The notes beneath the pieces are model-generated. The model was not told the DNA's origin and did no database searches. It saw only the letters and a program-made list of their open reading frames with translations. 64,000 bases of DNA from Tricharina praecox. Taxonomy: Eukaryota. The stretch lies in assembly GCF_024521635.1 (NCBI RefSeq), contig NW_026250413.1, positions 434,001-498,000 on the forward strand, in the 5' to 3' direction. Shown in pieces: positions 36,595-52,270 of the stretch (within the stretch, counting starts at the first letter, position 1; each line of letters starts with the position of its first letter). The translations under genes were made by a program, and so were the position numbers.

Positions 36595-38408
36595 ATGGCG
36601 CAGCTCTACACGCTCGAGCCGCAGACCAAGTGCGTTCTCCGTTCCATTCCCTCTCCCATCTTCGCTAACGCCCGTCCAGCGCCAAGGTCCTCCTCAAAAC
36701 GAACTTCGGCGACCTCGAGCTCGAGCTCTGGGGGCAGCAAGCACCGCAAACCACGCGCAACTTCCTACAGCTATGCTATGACAACTACTACAACGATACG
36801 ATATTCCACCGCCTAGTGCCAGGGTTCATCCTTCAGGGCGGCGACCCGACAGGCACGGGGCACGGCGGCGAGGCGATCTATCCCGGCGGGTTGTTCGCGG
36901 ACGAGTTCCACTCGCGCCTGAAGTACAACCGCAGAGGGCTCGTCGGCATGGCGAACTCCGGGAAAAAAAACGATAACGGAAGTCAGTTCTTCCTGACGCT
37001 GGGGGATACGCGCGAGTTGACGGGAAAGAACACGCTGTTTGGGAAGATCGTCGGCGATACGATATATAATCTGGTGCGGATGGGAGAGTTGGAGCTGGAG
37101 GAGGGAGGCGAGAGGCCGCTGTTTCCGCCGAAGATTTTGAGTACGGAGGTGCTGGTCAATCCGTTCGAGGATGTCAAGCCCAGGGAGGTCAAGAGGAAGG
37201 CGGAGGAGACGCTGGAGAAGCCGAAGAAGAAGGTCGTCAAGAAGAAGGGTGGGAAGGCGCTGCTGTCGTTCGTGGGCGAGGAGGAGGAGGATGCAGCGCC
37301 CGTGCTACCCGTCAAGAAGAAGCCGAAGTTCGACACGCGGTTGGTGGTGGATGCGGGACAACGGCCGGCACCGAAGCCACGGGAGCCACCGGCGGCGGAG
37401 GAGAAGGGCAAAGGCAAGGAAGTCCTCCCACCCACCAAACCCCGCCGCACCCCCTCGCCACCGCCGAAAAAGCAAAAGACCTCCGCAGCGGTGCCCACCC
37501 GCGCATCCCGCTCACCCACCCGCTCACCGACCCCACCACCCACGCGCTCCGCACAGCTCCTAGCCCAAACCAACGCGCAGATCGCGGCGCTGCAGAAGTC
37601 CTTGCGGCGGTCTGCATCGCCGCCTGCCGCGTCGGCAGCCAGCGGCGCCGCCGCAGCAAAAAAGAAATCCCTGCTGGCCCTGCAGAAAGCTATGCTCCCA
37701 CCGACGTCCGTCCAGGGCCGCAAAAAGCTCCGCCGCCGCGGCGACAAGGCCGAGGATGACGACGAGGCGGCATTTCTCGCCCTGCAGAAATTCCGTGCGA
37801 AGCTCGCCGCCGCACCACCCTCCCCTCCACCTCCCCCTCCCCCTGCAACCACCACCGACACACACACACCCACAGACTCGGCCATGCCGGATGCGGCCGA
37901 CACCCCCGCCGTGTCCGCCGCCGGCGCCGATCCCGCCCCGGAACCGGAGGAGGACTCAGACGCGACGCTCTGCGACCTGCATTTCATCCCGCACTGCCAG
38001 AGCTGCAGCAAGTGGGATCTGCAGGACGCCGACGATGACGACGCAGGGGAGGTCACGAGTGACCTGTGGAGCCACACGCTCAGCTTCGAGAAAGATCGCT
38101 TGGGCAAGGATCTTACTTGGAAGAAGAAGAATGAGGAACTCGTCGTCATTGATCCGAGGGATAAGGAGAGGGAGATTTTGGGGAAAAGGAAGGGGCGGGG
38201 TGGTGGAGAGGGCGGGTCGAGGGGGGGCGGCGGGCATAGGGGGGAGGGTCATCGGGACGGACTGAGGGGTGGTGGTGGCGAGGGCAGCTCGAGGGGGGGC
38301 GGACATCGCGGAGGAGGAGGTGGTGGTGGTGGTGGTGGCGAGGGCAGCTCACGGAGGAGGGATGATAGGCGGGACGATGACCGCGGCCGTGACCGTGACC
38401 GTAGGTAG
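36595..38408 (+). CDS. CWC27: Spliceosomal cyclophilin-type peptidyl-prolyl isomerase Cwc27
   Basis: ATG 36595 (MAQLYTLEPQT), short intron ~36630-36679, then RNFLQLC...IFHRLVPGFILQGGDPTGTGHGG, DEFHSRLKYNRRGLVGMAN, NGSQFF, GKIVGDTIYN and the fungal CDLHFIPHCQSC motif. Confidence 0.93.
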
Positions 38409-38569
38409 TGCGTGGCAGGATCGTCGGGCTCGGTTGCAATCGCAATACCTATGCCTACCACCTTTCAAAGGTTTCAATCTGTGTTGGTGTTTGGTCCCCC
38501 ATATTTGACAAGAGCACGACGTGGTTTCCCATAGGATGTAGGTACTCCACGGATGGAAGATGGATGACG

Positions 38570-39050
38570 GGCCCGTGTTTGTAAATTGTAAATTGTAAAT
38601 ATATCATCTCATCGACGCAAATTGTTCCCTCAGTCTTCTTCCATATTTCACTCAGGGACTGCCGCGAGCTCCCTTCCGTCCACTCCAACCACATAATCCC
38701 CTGTCGGTCGGCTTGTTGGCTGCTTGGGTTTGGGTTTGGGTTTGGGTACGCTGTAGAGTACAGTCGTGATTGCAATTATTATTCAGAATTCTAGCACTTC
38801 CAGAACTTCACTTCACATCCCATCACTTGTTTGAGTCTTGACTGTCGAGACCGGCACCTCACCCTTCAGCTGGTGTTTGCAAATTGTAAATATGTCATTT
38901 CATCTCATCGACCCGAATTGTTCCCTCAATCTTCCTCAATCTTCTTCAATATGTATTGAGCTCATGGCGACTGCCGCGAGCTCCAACCACATAGATACAG
39001 TCCCCTGTCGGTCGCCCGCCGGTCGGCTCATTGTACAGTCGTGATTGTAA
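38570..39050. repeat. Diverged direct duplication (~190 bp units)
   Basis: gtgtttg(t/c)aaattgtaaat...catctcatcgac.c.aattgttccctca.tcttc...gactgccgcgagctcc...tcccctgtcggtcg...tacagtcgtgattg occurs at ~38575-38775 and ~38873-39050. Confidence 0.8.
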
Positions 39051-39055
39051 TTGAC

Positions 39056-39116
39056 ATCCAGCATCCAGCACATCCAGCACATCCAGCACATCCAGCACAT
39101 CCAGCACATCCAGCAC
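39056..39116. repeat. (CATCCAGCA)n 9-bp minisatellite
   Basis: About 6 units. Confidence 0.9.
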
Positions 39117-40159
39117 TTCACTTCACATTCCAGCACTTCACTTCACACCCATCACCATCACTTGTTTGAACTTGACCGCACCCTTCAGCTTTCAGCCGGT
39201 GTTTGCAAATCCGAGTTTGCAAATTGAAAAATCCGAGTAGATTATCATGACCGCATATTCCAAAGTTTCATTTTAACAACATCCACCTGCATCTCGTTCC
39301 GTTTTGTTACGTCATCTCGTTTCGTAGAGTAGTAGAGAGTATTTCCCACCGCTGAAGACTTTCGTATTCCGCATTGCACACAGGAGTGGGGGACCTCGAG
39401 TTTGATTTTCCAATTCGATTTTCCGAATCCAAACCCAGATCCAAACCCGGAACCGGGCAGGGAGGGGGGGCTGCAACGGTCGGCCGATGGGAGAGTTGTG
39501 AGGGAGTTGGCGCCCCACCCCCCCTGGCTGTCGGGCCAACAACGTCGACAGCGACAGCGACGACGACCGACACGTGTACGATACACGATACGGACGTTTC
39601 TATTTCCAGCCGGACTGGGCGGGACAGGATGGGACGGGCCAGAGAGAGAGAGACAGGACAACGGTGCGTAGCCGTCAGCCGGCTGGCCATCACTACTGTA
39701 CTTATGAGTTGCGTACTTGCATTTCTTTCATGGACATCGGACAGTACTGGACACTGGCAATTGAACATACTAGTAACCAAAGTACTCTACTTGGTTACCT
39801 AATTCATTCCATTGCCTTTTCATATTTTATTTTTGGCGCGCGACGGCATACCGTTGATGTTCCTGAGACTGTTCCTGTCGCCGCTCGCTAAAAGCGAACG
39901 AACGTCATCGCTGAAGTGGTTTGTAGCGTATGAACTGTATGAACTGTATGCAGTTTTTGGAGTGTGTGAAGTATGAAGTGTGCGAAGTCCATCCAGAGTA
40001 GTTGGTTTACTAACAGAGTAGAGTACGGTACTGTATGTCTCGTGTGTTGTGCTGACGGTTGACATGGTAGAGGGTGGGCTGTGCTGGGTTCGGTGGGGTC
40101 ACTGGGGCGGGGTGTATGTAAATGGGTGGGGTGAGTGCCTGAGTGCCTGAGTACCTGAG

Positions 40160-40755
40160 TGTGGGGGGTACGGGGTTTACGGTATCACTCGATATCGCCC
40201 CCGTTCACTCGGTATTGCCCTGTTCACTCGAAGTCGCTCCATTCGCTCTTGTTCGCTCCATTCACCCCCGTTCGGAGCGCTCCATTCGCTCTCATTGACC
40301 TGGTATGCAGCCCAGTAGGTATCCCACGGCGAGTACGTACCTCTTACCGAGCTGGCAAAAGTTATTCCCTGCCGATCGCCCGGAACGGACTTCGGAGTAA
40401 TAAGTAATGCTCCCGCTATGGCTTGTGCTGGGTTTACTAGAGTATGTGCGATTTGGTTGGTGCGTTGTGGTGTGCTGTGTGTTAATGGGGGGGGCAAGGG
40501 GTTTGCGGTATCACTCGATATCGCCCGTTCACTCAATATTGCCCTGTTCGCCCTCGCTCGCTCCATTCGCCCCCGTTGGCTCAGCAGGTAGAGTACGTAC
40601 GCAGCCCGTACCGAGCTAGCGAGTATGTACAATACTGGCCGCCGATCGCCCGGACCGGACTTCGGAGTATTAATTACTTAAGTAATACTCCCGCTGTGCC
40701 GTGGCCTGTGCTGGTTTTACCAGGTATGTATCTGCGATTCAGTTCGGTTGGTTGG
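40160..40755. repeat. Diverged tandem duplication (~320 bp units)
   Basis: cggtatcactcgatatcgccc...tattgccctgttc...gccgatcgcccgga.cggacttcggagta recurs at ~40180 and ~40506. Confidence 0.8.
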
Positions 40756-41347
40756 TGGCTTTTTCTTCGTGTGCTGTCTGTGTTCGTTGTGCGTGTGAGG
40801 GGGGGGGGGGGTATGTGTTGTCCGACTGTCGTATGCAGTGCGCATTGCATGGAGACACTGGAGACGTTGCTTAGGCCGTTTGGTTGGCTGGTCGTGTTGG
40901 TTGATTTGTTGGCAGGGTGAAAGAGCACGGCAGAGAATGGCAGCTACCGCAGGGTACTCTGGATAACCGCCGTGGCTTGCATTGTCCATTCATGCACTGC
41001 ACTCCAAGTCTCCGAGAGTTGAGTGATATTTGGTGTCGGTGCACTCTTTTGCACCCGTCACTCGTCACTCGTCATGCAAAAACGAAGTGGACGATGAGGA
41101 TGATAATAATCGTAAACGTGAAATCATTTCCACAAGTAAACATTGAGATAACTCCGACCCTGTACTATGATAGGTGATGCATATGCCATGACAAAAAAAA
41201 CGAACGTCGTGAGAGAAGGATGGAAGGATGGAAAGATGGAAATGCAGACCCAAAAAAAAGAACGTCGTGAGAGAAGGATAGATTGACCGAAATGCGACCC
41301 AAAACGCCCGACAAAACACAAACCCAAACCAAAGTAAAAATAAAAAA

Positions 41348-44300
41348 CTAAACCCCCGACCCAGAAAGAATACTCTGCGCCTCCTCATCCCAGAGGACCT
41401 CCATCCTCACGACGGCATCGGGAAAGATGATATCGAGGACCATCATCTCGCTCGTCTTGACGACCTCATTAACCCTGAGGGGGGCATCGCCCTTTCGCCT
41501 TCTCATAGTGGGCTCGTCCATCTTCCTCTTTCTCAGCCCACTTCTAAGCCTGAACCCGCGACACTGCACCATCTCTCCCTTGAGGTTGATGTCGCTCAGC
41601 TTCCCCGAGAACACTGCGTCACCGATCGATAGCCCCTCGCTGTAGTTGCCCGCGAGGTAGATGGTGTACTCCGTCTCTGCCTCCTGAGGGCTGGGCGTGG
41701 GCAGGGGCGAGTCGAGCCATGGGTTGCGAGGCGCCTTGATGGGCGATGATGGAGGCGTGGCGTGCCGCTCTATCGTGAGATTGAGGGGGCCGAGCGGCGT
41801 GTGCGGGCGCGGCGGTGGGGGAGTGCTGGTGGCAAGGCTTGGAGTGGCCGCGGCACGGAATTTTCCTTTTTCTTGCCGCCGCCGTTCCCGCGCGGAGGGG
41901 GTAGGTGTGGGCGGATGGGAGGTGCTGGTGGCGGAAGTGGATGTTGTCCGGGTGGTGTTGGATTTCATCGAGTTGGGGGTGGCGGGCTCGGAGGGGGGTG
42001 AGGCGTGGGCTTTGATGCTGGCTGCAGAGCGGAGTGGGGTGACGGTTCGCCGCGAGTGTTTGTCTGGAGGGGCCTTGGGAGTGCCTCTACCTTTGGAAAT
42101 TTGGACCTCCATTGAGGCTATGCCGGTTGCGACTTCATCGATGGATGTGGCCGAGGGGTGATGTGATGAGAGACCTTGAGTGAGAGCTGCCATGGCTTTC
42201 ATTGCTGGCGAGGCGGAGCGGTGCTTCTCCTTTGGCGCGCGGGAGAGCTTGCTGAGGGGAGAGATGGCATGCGATCGCACCGCCGATACGGCGTCGAAGC
42301 GCTTGGAGATGGTCTTTCGCAAGGTTGGCGTTGCCGGGGATGCCGCTGGGAAAAGCGATACACCGCCGACCTCCTCCGGTGGAGTGGGTGGAGGGGTTTG
42401 GAACCCGGCCAGCAGTGGACCAGCAGGAATAGGAGTGGAGATTCTGGATGCCCGCACGGACGGCGGAAGTGGCATGCCTTCCGGCGACTGGGGCGGGGAC
42501 AAAGACCAATCCTGTACCTTCTTCATCGACAACTGAGATACCCCCGTCGGTGTCTGAACGGATGGTCGAGGTCCCGGAATCGATTGGCGAGCCTTGATCG
42601 GGGTCGACGACCTTGGTCCTGCGATGCCGGAAACTCCGGAAGCGTTTTCCTTGCCCATGCTGAGGATGCTGCGGTTGGGCGTCTTGAGCTTTCCTGAACG
42701 ACGGACGGAACCGTTGAGACTGGACAAAGGCTGCTCAGCAAGCAATGGTGTCGGCAGTATTATTGGGATCGGGACAGATACGACGGAGACCGGGGCAGAC
42801 ACGATCGAGACGGCCTTCTTAGGTGCGACGGATACCACCGAGGATTCTTTCTGGCAGAGCGAGGCGGTGCAAGACGTCTCCAACATGGAAGTCATCTTGT
42901 TGACCACAGCGCTGTATTTACCAACATCCGCCGATGAGCTGCAAACGATCGTTGGCACGGTCCATCTGGGGTACAGGTTCTGGCACGACTTTGACACGGC
43001 GAACTTTCCGTGCAGCTCCAAGAACATGTTGCACAAGTGACAGGCCTTTTTGCTGGAGCCAATGAATCTGGGCGGGTTGGTAGGCGGGTTCTCCTCGTAG
43101 TACTTGACCAATTGGATCTCAGCGTGAATCTGGGGCCGGCCGAGATACAGCTCCTCGTACTTGGTGAGCAATTTTTGTGCCGAGAGTCCGGACCTCTTCC
43201 TGAGGCTTTGACTGGCTTCCTCGATCGTGTTACCGACCAAGTCGGAGGCGACTTTTGAAAGTCCGGTCTCGGGGTTCTCCGGCAGGGCGAAGGACTCCCG
43301 TACTGATGGAGAAACGGTCTGGACGTCAATGGACTTGAAGGCTTCCACGTTCTTGCGTGCGAGGGATACGAGCGTGTGGCTGGCAATCTTATATCGGCCG
43401 AGCTTGTCGATGAACTGTACGAGTTGCTTGCGGATTTCGATGCTGCCGACGAGTGTCTTGAAGCCCTGCACCAATCATCAGCTGTCGGTTCATCCCGTCT
43501 CACCCGCCCGTCTCACCCGGATGGGGGGAAAGTCCATACCCTCGACCTCTTTGCCAAATAGCAAGTATCCAACAACCTCTCAACGCCATCTCTGCACTGG
43601 GTGAAATCGGTTTGATGTACGACATCCTGGCACTGATCGTAGATCTTCTCGAGCAACGAGCCGCCATCCATAAGGGTGGAACTAGTCTGGGCGGTAAGCG
43701 CCGATTCCAGGGACACCTCGGAGGGCCGCTTGTTTTCGCAGGGAAGTCGGTCCTTCTGCGCAAGGGCTTCTTGAAATAGCTCGGGTAGGGGCTTCGATGC
43801 GCGTTTAAATTTCTGGCGGAGATCCTTAACGACCTTTTGGCATTCCAGGTCCAGCACTTTCTGCCAGACGGCTTCCCGGGAGCTGCGCTCGCTTCGGCCG
43901 GCTGTGTTGTTCCCACACTGTTAGTATATGCCGAAGCCGCCCCGGTAGGAGAAACAAAGGAACAGAAGGAGGTACTCACTATCGACAGCGGTAGTTTCCA
44001 GCTCTTTGCAGACATCCAACAAGCCGTCCACGATCCTGCGGGGAACGCCTTCGTTGAGGACACCTTCGGTCATGGCCAGCCTGAACAGGATACCACCGCC
44101 CCTCCTCTCCTCAACACAGACGGCCGAGATGAACTCAGCGCCGACATCGGCGGCGGCCAGGAAAGCGAAGTTGTCTGCGATCTCGCGCTCGACCTTTCCG
44201 GGCAACAGTCGCCAGCCTGGCTGCTTATCCGTCAGGCTCTCCCATTCCTTCAGCTTGGCAACGCGGTCTGTCGGGTCGGCGCTGAGAGTGACCCGTGGGA

Positions 44301-44475
44301 GAAGCGATTGTAGTGCTACCAGCTCCACGAACCGCGTTCGGCTCTGTGAGGGCCACGAGAAGGCGTTGGCGATTGGTGGTGGTGGCGGTAGTGTTACTTT
44401 GGGTAATCTGGATTTCCGGATGGAAGATGTGCGCCGGGGCGAGGACGCTGGCGAGGTGCCCGTGGATGTCGACAT
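41348..44475 (-). CDS. OTT_1508-like zinc-dependent nucleic acid/nucleotide deaminase domain protein with long Pro/Ser/Thr-rich tail
   Basis: ATG 44475; introns 43979-43902 and 43539-43466 give one continuous frame. Motifs EREIADNFAFLAA...ISAVCVEE...FRLA, IHAEIQL and IGSSKKACHLC (HxE...CxxC). Confidence 0.82.
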
Positions 44476-45138
44476 TGTGCTTTGTATGTATGTACGGTGA
44501 TTCCGGGACGAGTTGCAGCTACTGGCTCTCTTATATGGGCGTTTTTCTTTCTCGAAACACACCCGTATGGGAAGAAACGAAGGCAAAGAAGGCGCACAGG
44601 CGGACTTGACTTGGCCCAGATGAGGGGGAGAGGGGAAAGGGACCTTTTTGGCCTGCGGAGATGTAGTCAGACACAGAAGCGTTATTGATGAGCTCTACAT
44701 TCACCAGCAGGGCCGCTGGGGAGGGATATATTTAAAATAAAATAAAAGGCGAGACGATACGAGAAAGCCAGCTAGGGTATATGGGCACTCTAAAGCATGT
44801 ACAAGCGCAGTATGAAGCTGCAACAACTACAGAGAGAGGGTAGAGTGATGTGCGAGGAGCGGGCTGTATGGAGGGCCGAGTGTACATACTACAATGTAGC
44901 ATAGGACACCCCAAGGACACCCACCGACGGCCAACCACCCGCGCATAGTCCTGCCTACCTGCACCTCTCATGCGACGCTCCCTCCGAAGAGAATAGGTAC
45001 GGAAGCAATCCACACCGCCCCCCTGTAGCGTACCTGATCCGTGTACCGTGTCCGTTTTGTTGGGCGACACCATTCCTCTGCCCGGTCATGACGGATGGCC
45101 GTCGTTCGCTTCCGCGTGGAGGTGGCTCCGGGAGTGGG

Positions 45139-45175
<37 letters not shown>

Positions 45176-47587
45176 TTTGGCTTCCCTCGGCCATTCTCCC
45201 ACTAGGCTGCAATGTGCATACCAAGCGACCACGTCAGTCAGTCAGTCGCATACAAAGGCCTGCTTTCGAATCAGCACTGGTGAACCAGTAAAGCAGGGGC
45301 GAGGGCATGGTTCTGGCGGTAACTCCGAGTACAGTACCTATTCCCGTTCGTTATCTGTCTATTATTTTTCTTTTCGCTCGAGGACAAAGTCCATTGCTGC
45401 AGATTCCATCGTTTTTGGAAATGCTCCTATGTAAGCTTCGGCGTCGTCGTGGTCGTCGTTCGTTAGTAGCCGAGGCCACTAGAGTACTGGTACCTAGCGT
45501 GCGCGCGCCCCCAAAGGGAGGTGGTGGGAGATCGATACTGGGAACCACGTATTCCAATATCTCAGCAGCACGATGATGGTTTGTTGATGGCGTTGGATGC
45601 GTTAAGACTGCAGTTGCAGTTGCAGCAAGCAACTGCAATATAAGTCAAGAGCAGATCGTTCGATCAGCCCTAACCCTTTTGCACATTGGACAATTCAAAG
45701 CTCTAATCTAATCGCAACGACAGCAGCAGCCAGCCTATAGGTATCTGTAGCTATACCCCGCGCTGGGAAAGCCGACGACACCCACCCACCACACCCACCC
45801 ACCCACCCACCACAAGTGGCGGGACGTGGGCATCAGTGGTTCAGGGCGAAACACGATACCGAACGCGTGATGAAATGATGGGACGACGTGTGTGGTGTGG
45901 GGAAAGGGAAGCTCCAAGAAGCCCGGAAGCCCCAGGCCCAGGGGGGAGAAAGATCCAATCGTGCGCAAGTACTCTATCGTGGCCGGCGGATATCGATTGC
46001 CGGTACATATAGCACCTAACTACATCATATCCGGTGATTCGCCCGCCCGCCGTGGGCTGGCTGCAGCGGAAAAAAGCACTCTGACATCGTCAACGTTGAT
46101 TGATCCATCCGATCCTTCCGTCCAAACTACCTAACTCCTCCCCCACGGCGGCCAGAACTTTGATCGTATGTATGGAATCGAAACTGCCCTGTTCCCCGAC
46201 CGGGAGGAAGTCCTCGACGGTTCTTCCGTCCAGAGTCCAGAGTCCTTCGACGACCACCGGCCCCACTGGATCGCGGGGTAACAATGCAGCTACGGATTCC
46301 AGCTGCACTGCACTGATCACTGCACTGATCACTGCACCCCAGGCAGAGGCGGCTTAGGTGGGGAGGTATGTTACATGTAGGCAGGTTCGAATCCGTTCGC
46401 CGGATCCCCTCCGGAGAGCTCTCTGCTCTACCTACTCAGCAGCTAAAGCAAGCCAGAAGAATATATCCTCGCGCATTTGCCATCCAATGGAAAACTGTAA
46501 ACGTGGAGGACTTGTTCCCCGCTGGTTCGACGGCCAGATCGTCGTTCATTAGCTGCTGCGTCTCGGGCGGTAAACGTGAGATCACTCGCTGACCGATTCC
46601 TCGTCCTCCTCTACTAGGTACCGCCTTGTTAAAATCCACGTCCACGTCCGATTCAGTATGGTCGGGGTGCTTCTGTGAGGTGCTGTGGGGTGCTGTGGGG
46701 TGCCTCTGGTGGGCCCCATTGCTCCTGATATCATACCTTCAACCTTGTCGACAACTTTGGAGTAAAGTAGGCAAACGCGCGAAAGTGGAAGTGTGGTTTG
46801 CTCGAGAGATGAGGCGGGGAGTGCGAGTAGCCGCCTACCTAGTGTCCGATTGCGGTATTCCAAACCCGTGCGGTATCTCGCAAGGTGTGCAGGGAGGGAG
46901 GATGGTGGCGGCCTAGCCAGGCTTATTGTCTCTTCAAGGGAGGACCAGTGATATTCAATGGCAGCTTGCGATTCCATCAATGATATCTTGCATCTTGTCA
47001 TTCAAAGGTTCGTCCCTTCACTTGCCACCTAGGTAGGTAGTGGCAAAATCTTCTCACAGTGTCATTCACCTTTCACAAGAGAGTAGAAAGCATGCACGAC
47101 ATCCAGATCATCATCCTCAGAACGCGCTCCATATAAATGGTCCTACTGTTACAACACTTCGGTGTTCCCCGTACCTCACTCGCCGCCCCCACCTCCTCCA
47201 GAAGCATCCAGCAAAGCGAAAAGAATACAAGAAAACAGTGGCACACACAAACCAGAATGAGTCCACGCCGGTATTCCGCAAAAGAAGAAAGGGACCCGAA
47301 AAAAAAACCCTGCCGAGAAGAAGAAAAAAAAAAGAAAGAAAAAAAAAACCAGGGCAAAAAACATAACATAACATGACAAGTAGAAGAAAACCTTGCAACC
47401 CCCCGTAGAAACAGAAACGAAATGGACGGACCAACGCGAAGATTTACTGATGGATGAAGGAAAAGGCTGTCGTCGAAATCGATTGATCGATCGGTTCTAA
47501 GAATGACGCCGCCGTAACATGAAAATCATGATACTTTTGAGGATCGAACGAAAACCAGAGGATCTAAGACCAGCGCCGGAAAACAGC

Positions 47588-48273
47588 TCATGCCTTATTC
47601 GTATTGCTCTTCTTCTTCTGCTCGACCTTGAGGAGCAGAGCGCGATTGATGTGCGGAAGGACACCGCCAAACGCAATGGTAGCGCGAATCAGTGTGTCGA
47701 GTTCTTCGTCACCGCGGATGGCGAGCTGCAAGTGACGTGGGGTGATACGCTTGACCTTCAGGTCTTTGGCGGCGTTTCCGGCGAGTTCGAGGACTTCGGC
47801 CGTGAGGTATTCGAGGACCGCAGTAACGTAGACGGCAGCTATTTGACATCAGCGCAAGGCGTGGCAGCGGGCAACGATGGCAACAAACCCTTCGCGCCGA
47901 CGCGCATCTTGTTCTGGGTGTTGTTCTTGAGGAAACGCTTCACACGACCGCAAGGGAACTAAGAGCAACGATGTCAGCCATCAGCAACAGGGATAAGTCA
48001 AAAATATGACGATCGAGGCCAGTGCGCATTTGCAGTTGCAGTTGCAGTCGAGCGCAGGGCCGAACGCCGCCACAAACGAGGTCGCGCCACAGAACTCGAG
48101 GTCATTTGCGGCCTTCAGATTCCAAGCGCGAACCGTCGGAGCGAAAGTGTGCAGAGGGGAGAAAAACCAACCTGCAACCCCGCCTTAGCCGAGTGAGAGA
48201 CTTGCGTCCGGCCCTCGGTCCCAGCCTTGTGGCCAGCCTTGCCACCATGAGACTTTCCCTTTCCACCTGACAT
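47588..48273 (-). CDS. HTZ1: Histone variant H2A.Z
   Basis: Absent from the ORF track. Manual translation over 3 exons: [12 protein letters not shown]...SHSAKAGLQ | [23 protein letters not shown] | [71 protein letters not shown]. Confidence 0.96.
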
Positions 48274-48990
48274 TGTTGCTGATTCTAATTGCTTTTCGGA
48301 GTCGTAAATTCGGTAGGTTTAGTTGGCGGCGCGTCGCGCGTAGCAGAGCTCGAAGTGCTTGTTGTTTTTGTTTGGGTCGCGTGAAGAAAAAATCGGGGAT
48401 TCGCTCGTTATCGCGTGGCTACGTATCCGACCGATTTTGAGGACAGGAATCAGAATTGGACTGGAAGATGGGGTAGGAGTGCGAAAGGTGGGAGGTTGGG
48501 TGGGGGAGGTTCGTAGTGGGATGAGTGATGATTGTCCAGTCAGTCCAATGTTAGTTGCAAGACTGCGAGTGGCTGCGGTGCATTAGTTGGAGAGGGAGGG
48601 ATGACTGCAGTGGAGACCATATCAAGCGAGGGAGACTCTGCCAAGACAACAAAGGCGACACAGCAAAGGGCTTGGTGACCCGGCCTGGCCTTCCTCGCTG
48701 CTCGTCCTCGTCGCCAAAATCGCTCAAGAGCACCTACTTGCTGTGTTGAGCGGCAAGTCGTCATAACGTTAGAGATCGGTGGAGAGATGAGGGAGAATTC
48801 ACCACGTTGTTGATTTTGAGGAAAACGGAATCAGCAGTCGAATGAACACTCCCACCTGTCCGGACTCAGTTTTGCAAGGGCCGAAGTTCTTTCCGTTTAG
48901 CCCGAGGTCGATCCGATGGAGCACTGATTAATCACCACATGACACTCGCTAATGACAAACCTGGTTAGCACAATGCTGCCGAGTGGGTGA

Positions 48991-49003
48991 GAAACTTCGA
49001 GAA
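48991..49003. promoter_or_regulatory. Heat shock element upstream of HSP60
   Basis: GAAacTTCgaGAA (three inverted nGAAn units) ~255 bp upstream of the HSP60 ATG. Confidence 0.65.
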
Positions 49004-49256
49004 GTGGCACCGGTTGCGCAGAGCCGATATTTTTTTACCGACGGGATCCCCAAGTTCTCTACATCTCCATTTCAACTTCTCTTCACTCCATCGCCCTCTA
49101 CCTCAATTAAATCGTAAGTAGTTTCCATTCTCCCCCGTCTCTCCACCTTCACTTGCTTCACCTGCTTCACACGCATTGGACGTTGCACCTTGTCAGCCGT
49201 TACGTTACATTCTTGTCCGAATCTCCTCTGACCAAAGTCCCACCACCTAGACAAAC

Positions 49257-51179
<1,923 letters not shown>

Positions 51180-52270
51180 ATACAAACCCACGAATGATGG
51201 TGATGTAGTGTACTTTTAGGGAGGGGTATAAGGAATGATTTGGATGGATTCAAAAGTGGCAGCGAGTGATTTCGTTTTCTTTATTTTTGTTATTGGCGTT
51301 GGAAAGTTCTGTGGTGTGTTGTACATAGTGGAGTTTGTTGCAGGGCCCTCTTACTTCTCTTCTCTCTCCTCACTATTCCAAAAACCCCCATCAGTGTACA
51401 ATACTCTACCATTCACACCCATCCGTCTCTACCGAAGAAATGGAATATTGGTTAGTGGAATCACTGTCGTTTCGAGCGGTACGAGGTTGTAGGCTTGATC
51501 TGGTTATTTTGGAAGCCAGATCTTGATGCAAAATCGAATCAGATCATGTGATATTACTCGCACGATATACCTATACGCGGACTCTTGGCCGGACTGCAAA
51601 TACTAATTACAGAGTTATGCATAAAAGAGTTTAGGCGGGTAGGACGGGGAAATTATTTTCCGTGAGTTTACGAGGTTCGCCAGGCTTTTATCCTACATCC
51701 ACACTGTGCTGGTTGATTGTCTCTAAAACTTCCATTATCAGTCGTCAATCCTCTTCTTCATACTCCTGAAATTCCCAGCGTCAGGTTTTCTGTTGCGGCG
51801 TGGCCACATCGTGCCGATTCTGACTGGACAGGTTCGGGGCAACATTCTGCGTCCTGGTGAGTTGACGGCCAATTGTTGTCCTTCTTTGGATATGGTATTC
51901 TGAAAAGCAAAGTTCTAGTAGAAGCTACCAGTCTATCCTGTTGGGTTTAGCAAGAATTTGATGCTGAAGTCGTTCGAACTTCGTTTACTGTTACTCCAAA
52001 GGGGAAGACGATCATTGATTATCCGGTGTGTCGGCCTTCTCCGTAGGCGCGGCGCCTTCCTCAGGCCTGATTTGCATTAGACCTGCACATGATCGTGAAT
52101 CGGGGGAATACGCGGACCGACTTTCCGCCTTCCGCCTTTCATACATACAGACCCCACGATGTCCCCCGCATCTGTTTCACCTTCAAATGGGATGGCATAA
52201 GTACTTCGCGCGGTAATCTCTTGCCAGATTGTTGCTTGAATCGTGTACTCCAATTCGCAGGCTGCCTACC

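Noticed and set aside
36983-38149. 388-aa antisense ORF over CWC27, and similar ORFs opposite TRM6, the kinase and the K/E-rich gene
   Set aside because: GC-rich, low-complexity shadow frames of real genes.
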